NCBI GenBank assembly: GCA_002794465.1
Contig: MTSL01000063.1
Span: 1-32,000 of the forward strand
Length of the DNA stretch: 32,000 bases
Direction: 5' to 3'
Source: Paramicrosporidium saccamoebae KSL3
Taxonomy: Eukaryota; Fungi; Cryptomycota
Of the stretch, positions 1 to 9,662 are shown in pieces; the stretch's first letter is position 1; every line of letters starts with the position of its first letter. The notes beneath the pieces are model-generated. The model was not told where the DNA came from and ran no database searches. It worked only from the letters and a program-made list of their open reading frames with translations. A program made the translations under genes and the position numbers.

Positions 1-315
1 TAAGATTCAACCACAAAATTCAGTGGAAAGAATACGTGAGATTCGACTGAAAAGTAGTAATAAATGGGCTTCCTTCCGCTCTACTACACCGTAATGATAC
101 ACTTGTAAGATAGTGGATAGATTGCCATGTCCTTTCAGGATAACCCCCTAGTTTGGAGATGATATATCGGAGCGATCGGTGTAAGATAACATCCTTGCTG
201 GCTTGGGAGTATTAATACGTCATTTTCAAGACTATAAATAGATTGTTGGCTTAGCAGGGAACAATTTCTCTTTCCGCCTGACTTGGTCCGTGGCATCTTC
301 TCCACTACCTGACAT
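1..315 (-). CDS. 5' part of an unidentified protein running off the window edge, possibly BRCT-like
   Basis: ATG at 315 gives MSGSGEDATDQVRRKEKLFPAKPTIYL. A 35-nt GT-AG intron (gtcttg...ccag) joins it in frame to YKDVILHRSLRYIISKLGGYPERTWQSIHYLT, which resembles a BRCT helix/LGG/THL pattern. The ATG is 73 bp from the divergent ATG at 389, a typical spacing here. Confidence 0.4.
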
Positions 316-388
316 ATTGGCTCTTGGATAGCTTAATTTATTTGGAGTGGATGTGCTTATAAAATTGGCATCGTCATGATCCTGATGA

Positions 389-1311
389 ATGAAGGTGGGC
401 GTGCTTCTAGAGTATTGTTTGTTAGTCAAGTTTTATTTCCACAATGATGTAAGAAGGAAGCCTTTGCTTATTACATTATGGCTTGGGCAGTACGTTTTAA
501 CAGCTCTGTTACTCTCCTTTGCGTATGGATGGAGAACAATTATGTGATCTCTCTGTAGACATTTCAATGCTGGAAACTACGAGACACATCCAGCTTCAAA
601 AATTACCGTGCTCTACACTTCTAGATTGTTCGTCATCCTAACTACACTACCATTCCTCGCCGGCTATCTCGCACCAGAACGACAACTTTTGCAACAGAGC
701 TTTCATGGTTTACAAGTGGCACCGGCAACGACGCTCCTTGCAAAATTCACAGTGTACGTGTTAGTGAGAGAATTGCTATTTATCCCATACTCAGTGATCG
801 TTTATCCGCTGACCGCACTACGTCCTGGGGTCAACCATTTCTTGGTGTACGTGCTAATCTTATGGATACATCAGTTTTCTAAAAGTGCTCTTGGATTCTT
901 CGTATCTGCCTGTTTTGCCTCCACTCCCGTACTTTCATGTCAGCTTTACAGATCGATCGCCTATAGGTGGCCGACTTTGTCCTGTCTTCGCTCGCATTGG
1001 TGAACCTTTTGTTTGGTGGAGGGATCACGACAGGACTACAAATTCCTGGTAGCCTACGCTGGATCCGGTACGTGATTATTTCGTTTTATGCGCATCAGGC
1101 CCTGCTTCATAATCAATTTGGTGGCAAGTATTCCGGCGATGAACAGCTTGGATACTTGCTACGGCGTCACGGATTTGACAAATTCCTTACCGAATGGTTC
1201 TCAATGCTAATGATGCTTATCATTGGCATGACGCTTTTATTGACTGCTGTTTTCGCGCTCACATATACTACAGCTCATTGGCACCTTTACCCCAGCCGAC
1301 GGGTGCCGTAA
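389..1311 (+). CDS. ABC-2 type (ABCG-like) transmembrane-domain protein, about 282 aa, no NBD seen
   Basis: Exons 389-522, 559-928 and 967-1311 (introns 36 and 38 nt, frame-consistent). ABCG TMD-like motifs: LLVKFYFHNDVRRKPLL, LAPERQLL, YSVIVYPLTALRPG, LLFGG, LRWIRY..SFYAHQALLHNQF. Confidence 0.75.
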
Positions 1312-1385
1312 AGGGAAATTTAATAAATACGTTACTAAAGTTCTGGAAGTTGTCAGACCACCGGGGGCTCGGTCATTGATTTCGA

Positions 1386-2981
1386 ATGAGCTTGGTTTTT
1401 GACGAATATGGACGCCCATTCATTATTGTGCGGGAACAAGACAAGAAAAGCCGCCTAACTGGACTAGAAGCACAGAAGGCGCATATAATGGCGGCCAAGG
1501 CTGTTGCGGCCATAATGAGAACGTCACTGGGACCCAAAGGGATGGACAAAATTATGGTCTCTCCCGATGGTGACCTGACGATTACAAATGATGGAGCCAC
1601 CATCCTCAAGAACATCAAAGTGGACCATCAGGTGGCCAAGCTGTTGGTGGAGCTGAGCCAAGCCCAGGATGATGAAATTGGAGATGGAACGACAGGTGTT
1701 GTTGTTCTGGCCGGCGCCCTGCTGGAACAGGCAGAAAGTCTCCTTGAGCGTGGAATCCATCCTGCTAAAATTTCGGATGGATATGAGCGTGCTTGCAAAT
1801 TGGCTATTAAGCATCTCGATAGTATTGCTGAAACAAACTCGACGGATGCCAGAGAGGCTCTCCTTCGTACCGCCCGCACCAGTCTTGGCTCAAAAGTCGT
1901 AAGCAAATGTCAAGAGCTGTACGCTCAAATAGCCGTTGATGCAGTGCTCGCAGTTGCGGATGGCAGTGACGTCGATTTTGAACTCATTCGTGTGGTCGGT
2001 AAGGTTGGAGGCGAATTGGCAGACAGTCAGCTTGTCCGTGGGGTGGTCATTGACAAGGAAATGAGCCATCCCCAAATGCCCAAGGAACTAAAGGACGTCA
2101 AGATTGCCATCCTCAACTGTCCATTTGAGCCCCCCAAGCCGAAAACTAAGCATAAATTGGATATTACCTCAGTTGCCGAATATGGCAAGTTGCGCGAGTA
2201 TGAAAAGGAAGTTTTTATCAAAATGGTACAGCAGGTAAAGGATTCTGGCGCCACCTTGGCTGTGTGTCAGTGGGGCTTTGATGATGAGGCAAATCACTTG
2301 TTGCTTCAGAACGACCTGCCCGCTATACGTTGGGTCGGTGGTTCTGAGATTGAACTGGTCGCGATTGCCACCGCTGGACGAATTGTCGCTCGGTTCGGAG
2401 ACCTTAGCAAGGAGAAGCTTGGCTTTGCAGGACGTGTTCGTGAAGTTCCCCTTGGCACCACTAAGGATCGTCTCGTATTCATTGAAGAATGCGCCAATTC
2501 CCGTGCCGTGACCGTTCTCGTCCGTGGTGGAAATCAAATGATGGTCGATGAAGCCAAACGCGCCCTCCACGATGCTCTCTGTGCTGTCCGCAATATGCTC
2601 CGTGACAATCGCATTATTTACGGCGGCGGTGCAGCGGAGATTGCCTGCGCTTTAAATGTCGCCGATGCCGCCGACCAAATCAGCTCAATTGAGCAGTACG
2701 CCATCCGTTCCTTTGCCACAGCACTCGAAGCCATTCCTGAAGCCTTGGCTGCCAATTCGGGACTCATTCCCATTGATGCTGTCGCCGCTCTCAAGTCACA
2801 GCAGATGGCCCAGAATAATCATCGTCTTGGCATTGATTGCAGTGGTGCTGGTACAAACGACATGCATTCACAGAATGTAACTGATCCGCTCATTTCAAAG
2901 AGACAGCAATTTCTTCTTGCTACCCAACTTGTCCGCATGATCCTCAAAATTGACGATGTTATCACTCAGTCCGAGCTATAA
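1386..2981 (+). CDS. CCT5: T-complex protein 1 subunit epsilon (CCT/TRiC chaperonin)
   Basis: Intronless 531-aa ORF with [64 protein letters not shown] and MILKIDD. Confidence 0.98.
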   Translation: MSLVFDEYGRPFIIVREQDKKSRLTGLEAQKAHIMAAKAVAAIMRTSLGPKGMDKIMVSPDGDLTITNDGATILKNIKVDHQVAKLLVELSQAQDDEIGDGTTGVVVLAGALLEQAESLLERGIHPAKISDGYERACKLAIKHLDSIAETNSTDAREALLRTARTSLGSKVVSKCQELYAQIAVDAVLAVADGSDVDFELIRVVGKVGGELADSQLVRGVVIDKEMSHPQMPKELKDVKIAILNCPFEPPKPKTKHKLDITSVAEYGKLREYEKEVFIKMVQQVKDSGATLAVCQWGFDDEANHLLLQNDLPAIRWVGGSEIELVAIATAGRIVARFGDLSKEKLGFAGRVREVPLGTTKDRLVFIEECANSRAVTVLVRGGNQMMVDEAKRALHDALCAVRNMLRDNRIIYGGGAAEIACALNVADAADQISSIEQYAIRSFATALEAIPEALAANSGLIPIDAVAALKSQQMAQNNHRLGIDCSGAGTNDMHSQNVTDPLISKRQQFLLATQLVRMILKIDDVITQSEL

Positions 2982-3025
2982 TTCCGAATACAATAAATGT
3001 CAATATTGATTCCTTCCTAAATGGG

Positions 3026-4313
3026 ATGTTTGTCTCCAAAGTTGCTGCTCGGGCTGAGCTGGAAATGTCGGGAGCAAATGAAGGTCCGACAACCAAACTG
3101 ACTCGGCTTTACGAAGATGGGAAGGAGGCCCTCGCCGACAGGAACTACAAGAAGGCTATCAAAAAGTTTGATAAAGCATTGGCGGAATTCGACCCAAACT
3201 CGGATACTCGACATGACAAGGCCATTGTGCTTTGTGCTCGTTCTGCCGCAAAATATCATTCGGGAAAATACGACGAGTCACTAAAGGATGCCGAACTGGC
3301 TGTACAAACAAGACCCGAAAGTTCCAAAGTCATTCCAATCATAGGGTGTACTTATTTCTAGAGTCATTTCCGGAAAGCTGAAGCACTGGCTGCTTTGAAG
3401 CGGCATAGCGAGGCGCTTGCTGGATACCAAACGGCAAAATCATTAGTACGGCGTCTAGAAACTGTTCCTTAAGTACTAGGAAGAGGATCCGCGTTCCTTG
3501 GATATTGTTGAATTGCGAATCGTTCGACTAAATCAGGAAAAAGATGCAGAGGAAAGTGGCCTGTATTTTCGACAATTGCGTCCAGGCTTTGACATATGCC
3601 GTGGATCGTACAATCCCATTAAAAAGCTTGTGTACGAATTTGCTCGCGGAATGCAGAATATTGTCTACGCGGTGGGCGACACTACTAAAAGGGAATGCTT
3701 GATATTCGATGCCTGTTGGGATTCTGACGGCATTCTAGAGGCCATCTCCAAGGATGGGATGGTCCCCGTTGGCTGCGTCATTACCCACAACCACTTTGAT
3801 CACGTCGGTGGCAAACCTCCTCCTCCATTCCGCTCATATGGAGTGACCGTGCAAGGAGTCAAAAACATTCTAGAAAGACATCCGAAAATCCCAGTTTATG
3901 TTCACCAGGATGATGCCGATACATTTCAAAATGACTCTGGAGTTGATCCTGGAAGAATCATCACGACTCGTGATGGTTTCGAAATTTCTGTGGGAGAGGT
4001 TAGTTTCAAGGTAATCCATACTCCAGGACATACTCCAGGCTCGCAGTGCCTCCTGGTAAACAACGTCAGACTACTCACTGGTGACACTCTGTTTCCAAGC
4101 AGCTGTGGGAGAATGGATCTTCCCGGCGGCTGTCCCACGGCAATGTTTGATTCACTGCAGAATCGCCTAGGAGGCCTCCCATGCAGTACTGTGGTATACC
4201 CGGGACATAGCTATGGAAATTGCACTCTATCTACCATTGGAAGGGAGAGAAGGGTTGGCGTATTGAAGCCAAGGAGCCTAGAAGAATGGCTTGGAGAGCT
4301 GGGGAAAGGCTAG
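3026..4313 (+). CDS. TPR-repeat / metallo-beta-lactamase-fold hydrolase fusion (glyoxalase II-like), about 406 aa
   Basis: Exons 3026-3328, 3362-3445 and 3480-4313 (phase-0 introns of 33 and 34 nt). TPR helices (GKEALADRNYKKAIKKFDKAL; HFRKAEALAALKRHSEALAGYQTA) are followed by MBL motifs THNHFDHVGG, HTPGHTPGS, LTGDTLF and YPGH. Confidence 0.85.
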
Positions 4314-4443
4314 GGTGACTATTACTTCAAATAGATGTATATTCGATGAAAGTCTTGTCTGGATAAAACGGCATGTTGCTGTGACGTGGGGGGGGGATTT
4401 GTTGGCAAGGATTTCGCCATCACTGTGATAATGACTCGTGCGT

Positions 4444-4485
4444 TGCGTAGTGGGGAAAAGGATATCACGTACTTTGTCGGGCGAG
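4444..4485 (+). repeat. About 40-bp dispersed module, copy 1 (copy 2 at 7383-7420, minus strand)
   Basis: gcgtagtggggaaaaggatatcacgtactttgtcgggcga aligns with the reverse complement of 7383-7420 (gcgtagtggggatagtaccacggactttgtcaggcga) at about 31 of 42 positions. Confidence 0.7.
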
Positions 4486-4518
4486 AAGAGAAGAGAAGGG
4501 ATGAGAAGACTCGTTCAC

Positions 4519-4555
4519 CCGTTTACTCGCTTAACCGTTTACTCGCTCACCGTTT
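4519..4555. repeat. Short tandem repeat (ccgtttactcgct x2 plus partial)
   Basis: ccgtttactcgcttaa / ccgtttactcgctca / ccgttt seen directly upstream of GCH1. Confidence 0.6.
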
Positions 4556-4663
4556 CACTGTTAATTCAACGGCCTATTTATAATCTCGCAAGTAACTTAA
4601 TAATCCTCTACACCACATATGCATGGTCTTATGATTTAAGGAAATTATCGGGTCGCTTATTTA

Positions 4664-5519
4664 ATGCGACGGGCTTCCTCAAATGGGAGCCATCATGCGA
4701 GCTTGGCCAACGCTGAGGACCACGACGAATCTCTAATGGGGTCTTCGGATGTTTGCTCAAAGGCTGTACGCACTCCCTTGCTTATGCCGGACGAGCTCTC
4801 ATGGCCCAGTAAGGAGACCAAATTTGCCTCCATTTTGTAGTACCATCGACCAAGAAACGATTCTTGCAAACCCCAGAAGAACGATGCGAAAATCGAGACA
4901 AAATCGCTGAGGCTGTGAAAACCATATTGACTTGTCTGGGCGAGGATCCCAGTAGAGATGGGCTGCTCAAGACCCCGCAACGTTATGCTGATGCACTGTT
5001 ATTTCTTACCAGAGGGTACGAGTTGGATTTGGAGAGTAATCGTTCCACTGTTAATAACCTATAGAACTTGTAAATGGTGCCGTGTTTGAGGAAAACCATG
5101 ACGAGATGGTTATTGTACGTGATATTGATGTATATTCTCTTTGCGAACATCATTTGGTGCCATTTCACGGCAAGGTTCACATTGGATACATTCCAAATCG
5201 CAGAGTCCTTGGACTCTCGAAACTAGCTAGAATTGCAGATTTTTTCGCCCGCCGTCTCCAGGTTCAAGAGCGCCTCACTAAGCAAATTGCCCTTGCTATA
5301 ATGGAGATCCTGAGTCCCCTAGGGGTTGCTGTTGTACTCGAGGCAAAGTAGGTCATGTTCAGAATTCAGTAAGTGATCCGTAGTCATATGTGTATGGAGA
5401 TGCGTGGAGTGCAAAAAACGGGCGCTAATACGGTCACTTCTGCCATGTTAGGGGTGTTCCGTACAGATCAAAAGACGCGTGACGAGTTCCTAACCTTAAT
5501 TAGAAGCCATTCAAAATAA
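4664..5519 (+). CDS. FOL2: GTP cyclohydrolase I
   Basis: Exons 4664-4808, 4841-5035, 5065-5347 and 5384-5519 (759 nt, in frame). Motifs [65 protein letters not shown]. Start codon is uncertain (4664, 4736 or 4784). Confidence 0.96.
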
Positions 5520-5562
5520 TTGAGACTTTCGTGTTAAGTAAAAGCCGACCTATAGAATTGTC

Positions 5563-7029
5563 ATGACTGTCATTTTCCCCAGGAGACTGGGACAAAAGTA
5601 TCAGCTATTAGAAGTTATTGGACATGGCACATTCAGCACGTACTCGGTCAACCCTTTGTATTAACGCTGATAAAGTGTGTGGCGTGGACTGTGCATTGCC
5701 ACTAGCCAGCCTGTTGCCGTCAAAGTAATACAAAAGCGCGACAGAAAAACACAAGGCGGCTCGCCCATTGAGAAGGAGATTCTGATTCATCGGAACCTTG
5801 TCCATCCCAACATTGTCAAACTGCTCGAGGTCCTTGAAGATGGGGAACGAGTGTATCTTGTCGAAGAGTACTGCGCCGGCGGTGAACTGTTTGAAAGGAT
5901 AGGTACGGCAACAATTTATCTGGCACTCATTGTAGAACCGGACGTTGGTTTCCAGCCGATAGTAGCACATTTCTATTTCAAGCAGCTACTCCAAGTTATC
6001 TCTTACTTACATAGCAAAGGAATCGCGCATCGCGATATTAAGCCGGAAAACTTGCTTATTGACGAGCAGGGAAACTTGAAACTGACAGATTTCGGACTAA
6101 GCACTTTGTTTAAAAAGGGCAATGCACAACGACGTTTGCAGACTCGCTGTGGTACATCTCTCTATATGGCACCCGAAGTTCTTGAGAGCTCGTATGAGGG
6201 AGACGAGGCAGATCGCTGGTCATGCGCAGTCGTTCTATTCGTAATGCTCATGGGAAGCCATCCTTGGGAGGAGCCATCTGCGAGCTGTACTTTTTACAGA
6301 AAGTTTGCTCTCTTGACCACCCACGACTATCTGCCGTGGAATCGATTAGATTCTTCCTGCCGTGACTTACTAGAAGGTATGCTAAATCCTGATCCGCGGA
6401 AAAGGTGGAACGCTGAAAAGATTAGAGCAAGCCCGTGGGTCGATCAGCCCAATTCGCTACTCGACGATCAGATGCTCTGCGCAGACGCAAATGCACTGTT
6501 TCAGTCCATGGTATCATCGATAATAGTTCAAGACAATAGGTTAATGTCTTTAACACAGCCTGAGATTCCCTCGGGCAAGACGTCCCAGACGGCTCAGCCA
6601 CGATATAGGCCGTTTATTGGATTCTCACAACCCATGTGTACTGATTTGATGATATCCAAGAACGTTGTTGAAGATGAATTGGGGTCATTTTCAACACGAT
6701 TGACTCGATTTTATCACGAGTCTAACTCTGTCAGCGTCTTGAACAAGATTGTTGGTATCCTAGAGTTGTTTCTGATTAAATGGAAATCAGGTCCGGCACC
6801 AAATCAGGTAACCTCGCCTAGTCTTTTCATGTTACAGATTTCATTCAATACGATCGATAAGAGAAAGAACCCACTAAACGGAAATGTTCTGGTCGTTTCG
6901 GTCAAAGAGGACGTCTCCATAGTCGTCTTTACCAAGAGCCGAGGTGACGGACTAGAATTTGGCAGATTGTTTAGAATGATTTATGACAAAGTACATAGCA
7001 AAGAGGCTGCGGAACGATATACATTATAG
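5563..7029 (+). CDS. CHK1: Checkpoint kinase 1 (Ser/Thr kinase with C-terminal KA1-like region)
   Basis: Exons 5563-5639, 5676-5902, 5936-6807 and 6838-7029. Removing the 33-nt intron restores the Chk1-typical ELFERIEPDVG. Also HRDIKPENLL, LTDFGLSTLF, D.WSCAVVLFVML.G..PW and C-terminal LTRF and DGLEFGRLF. Confidence 0.88.
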
Positions 7030-7228
7030 AAGTGTTATGTGATGTAGAGGATTGTGGGGCTGGGACCCTGCATAAAATTCCTGGTTCTTTAGATTAGAGC
7101 ACCCGAATGTTACATAGTGGGGGAGGGTATTACCACAGTGTCAATATAAATGGGCGACAGGGACCTTTTTATCACCGACCAGTATGGACTCGCCGGCATA
7201 GTGTCCAAACAGTGGGAGTCGATACTTC

Positions 7229-7320
7229 TGTGACGTAGAGGATTGATTAGTTGGCTATGTGACGTAGGGGGTTGATTAGTTAGGTATTTGCGTGCTAGAG
7301 TGGATTGATTAGTTGGGTAT
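7229..7320. repeat. Degenerate tandem repeat, 3 units of 29-33 bp (core gattgattagttgg)
   Basis: Units start at 7229, 7258 and 7288: tgtgacgtagaggattgattagttggcta / tgtgacgtagggggttgattagttaggtat / ttgcgtgctagagtggattgattagttgggtat. A partial upstream copy is at about 7038. Confidence 0.85.
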
Positions 7321-7382
7321 TTGAGGACAGTGAGATGTGTATCCATACTACTCTAGAATCAGCAGTAAACAAACCCCCTTTT

Positions 7383-7420
7383 TCGCCTGACAAAGTCCGT
7401 GGTACTATCCCCACTACGCG
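7383..7420 (-). repeat. About 40-bp dispersed module, copy 2
   Basis: Reverse complement matches 4444-4485 (see copy 1). Confidence 0.7.
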
Positions 7421-7537
7421 ACAAATCTACTCCTCGACTCTGACTCTCCTTTCCATCTTTGGACAACTGCTCGGCATCCGGCACCCAACTACGCGTTTCA
7501 CTACCTCACACAAAGACACTTTATAGAATAGATACAT

Positions 7538-8874
7538 TTACTGTTTCCGAGTGGATCGGCGATTATCTGGACCTGAATCTTTCCTAATTGCATCCGCTTC
7601 AGACTCGTTGCGCGCTTTGGTCATTACTTGCAAGTTCTGCGAAACTTCAGCGCCACTCAGGACATAATTCGACTCTTTGTGCTTGGCAATGTGACGATCT
7701 TTTTGCTCTTTCCACTTTGGATCCAGCGCCTCGATCCTCATGTGTTCAGCGATTTGCGATTGCGGCACAGATTGATTACAAAGAGGACAAACTTCCGTCG
7801 CCTCTGTTGAAGAAGTAGCTTTGGCTTGGGCTTTTGGCACGTAGTCCTCTCTGATTTTCACGCTGCCAGCGGGAGCGGTTGTTGCTCTTTTTGCGGGAGG
7901 CGCTGTAGAATCTTTGGCCAAAACAGGCGCAGCAACTTCCTCCACGTCCATCTCTTCTTCTTCTTCAAGCTCGACATGACTGGCAGTAGCCAGTCCGGCC
8001 ATAGTATTGCCATTCCATAATTCTCTGCGTTGCACCATAGACAATCTAGTAATTTCCGAGTATTCTAGTGGTTTGGGTAGTTCCATATTTCTATCGGATG
8101 GACCAAAATCGATCGTTTCAGCAATGACAAAATCGTGCCAGTCAATGGCTGCAAAGGCAAGTTTTTCCCTCTCGGCAATCTCCTCTTCCTTCATGTGCTG
8201 CTCACGGATATACCGAGTATACTCCACGCGCTGGAGAATGAGCCCTAAGATCTGATATTTTTCCTTTCCGTACATGTAAAGCTTCTCTAAGAGGGCTTTC
8301 GATGGCATCAAGACTCTCGAGTACTGTTCCACGAGTCTTAAAAATAGTCCATGCAAACTGTGATTCGGCCGCAAAAAGTCAAATTGTGGGTTACGCATTT
8401 CTCTTTGAGACAGATTCAAGAGAAACTGTCGGCCATTCCTGGCAACATATTTTGCTGTCAACTTGAGGACATTATAATCCAGCGCAGAGATGGAGGGAAT
8501 ATCTAGCAAAAAATCCAAAGGAGCGGGTTCCTTGGGAATCTTTGCAGCCGCCGGCTTGGTTGCTGTGGATGGCATCTGCCGTTCGTGGCGGGACGGCTCC
8601 ATCTCTTTACTCTTAGCAAGCATGTCATCAACCCCGTCTAAAATTAAAAGGACAAAGGAGGATAAATACCAGGACCAGCTCGTCGATACTCGTACAGGCG
8701 CTTCTGGTAGTATGGGTGGTATGGATCATTGGGATACAAAAACGAAAAACGCGGATTATGGCGTTCCTTTTCTAAAATCTTGTCTTCGAATCCTGTGCCA
8801 TTCTTGATAACATATGCAGCCAGCTTTTCCACAACCGTACGGATATCGGGAGGGGGTAGAATCACCGTGCTCAT
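7538..8874 (-). CDS. PRP21: Splicing factor SF3a subunit 1 / Prp21 (two SURP domains plus PRP21-like domain)
   Basis: Exons 8874-8670 and 8637-7538 (32-nt intron). SURP1 is PPPDIRTVVEKLAAYVIKNG..FE...NPRFSFL.P.DPYHPYY. SURP2 is LKLTAKYVARNGRQFL...NPQFDFLRPNHSL. Also FAAIDWHDFVIAETIDF and HMRIEALDPKWKEQ. Confidence 0.95.
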
Positions 8875-8932
8875 AGATGCAGCGCTACCCTGGCGATTCG
8901 GACAATTCACCTGCCATACAACTCTTGTTAGG

Positions 8933-9491
8933 ATGGTGCAAATTAAAGAGCCATCGACACTTGTCTCGATTTGCTCAGTTGTACAGCATGGATTCAACCG
9001 TGGCCGGGCCGAACTCGGAATTCCCACTGGTTCAAAGACTGCAAATATTGATTAGTAGCGAATATGTCTCCGGATGCAGCGCAGTCTTTACTTGTTAAGC
9101 TTGGAGATCCGGGAATATACTTTGGGATGGCCGCTATCCAAGACAATCCTCAGCATTTCGATGCCGTTGCTAGCCTGGGCTGGAATCCATTCTACCAACT
9201 CAAGTCTCCTACCTTTGTATGTTATTCGCCGTAATATAAAGTATTCTTAGGAAGTTCATTTGATGGATTATAATGGGCCCGACTTTTACGGAAAGGAGCT
9301 TTTAGTGGTGATTGCCGGTCATCTCCGTCCCGAAAAGAACTTTAATACTATCGGTGCAGCCTTGGTATCTCTAACTTTGCTTAGATGATCTCGTCAAAGC
9401 AATAAGGCAAGATATGGATCATGCAAAGCAAAGGCTGGACAGCGACGGTCTCCGCGACGCACTAATTAGAAGCTTACGGTTCCCCCAATAA
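8933..9491 (+). CDS. FMN1: Riboflavin kinase (mostly missed by the ORF track)
   Basis: Exons 8933-9029, 9059-9216, 9251-9353 and 9385-9491 (465 nt, 154 aa). Motifs VQHGFNRGRAELGIPTAN, GIYFG, SLGWNPFY, EVHL, DFYGKEL, LRPEKNF and IRQD. Confidence 0.93.
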
Positions 9492-9518
9492 CTAGAAGCT
9501 TACTGCTCCCCCAATAAA
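9467..9518 (+). repeat. 26-bp tandem duplication spanning the FMN1 stop codon
   Basis: tagaagcttacggttcccccaataac (9467-9492) and tagaagcttactgctcccccaataaa (9493-9518), 23/26 identical. Confidence 0.85.
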
Positions 9519-9598
9519 CATGGCCTCTTGCCAGGGTAGTTTGGACTACCCGCCTGCCAAAGGTAAGTGTCGGTTCTATATATCTTTCTCCTGGGTCC

Positions 9599-9608
9599 TC
9601 ATCCATCC
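9599..9608 (+). promoter_or_regulatory. TCATCCATCC motif in the RPL32 5'-UTR intron (9563-9662)
   Basis: The exact 10-mer also occurs in the 5'-UTR introns of RPL13 and RPS16. Confidence 0.6.
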
Positions 9609-9662
9609 GTCCCTTGGGCCGTCCTTTTTCCTCAAACAGTTCTGTAACTAGTCGTTTTATAG

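Noticed and set aside
4386-4716. Short plus-strand ORFs between the MBL gene and GCH1
   Set aside because: Non-ATG starts, low complexity and overlap with repeats, with no homology cues.
7383-7425. Functional tRNA-Gln gene
   Set aside because: Only the A-box/anticodon-like part resembles a tRNA. No acceptor-stem pairing or GTTCRA T-loop was found.
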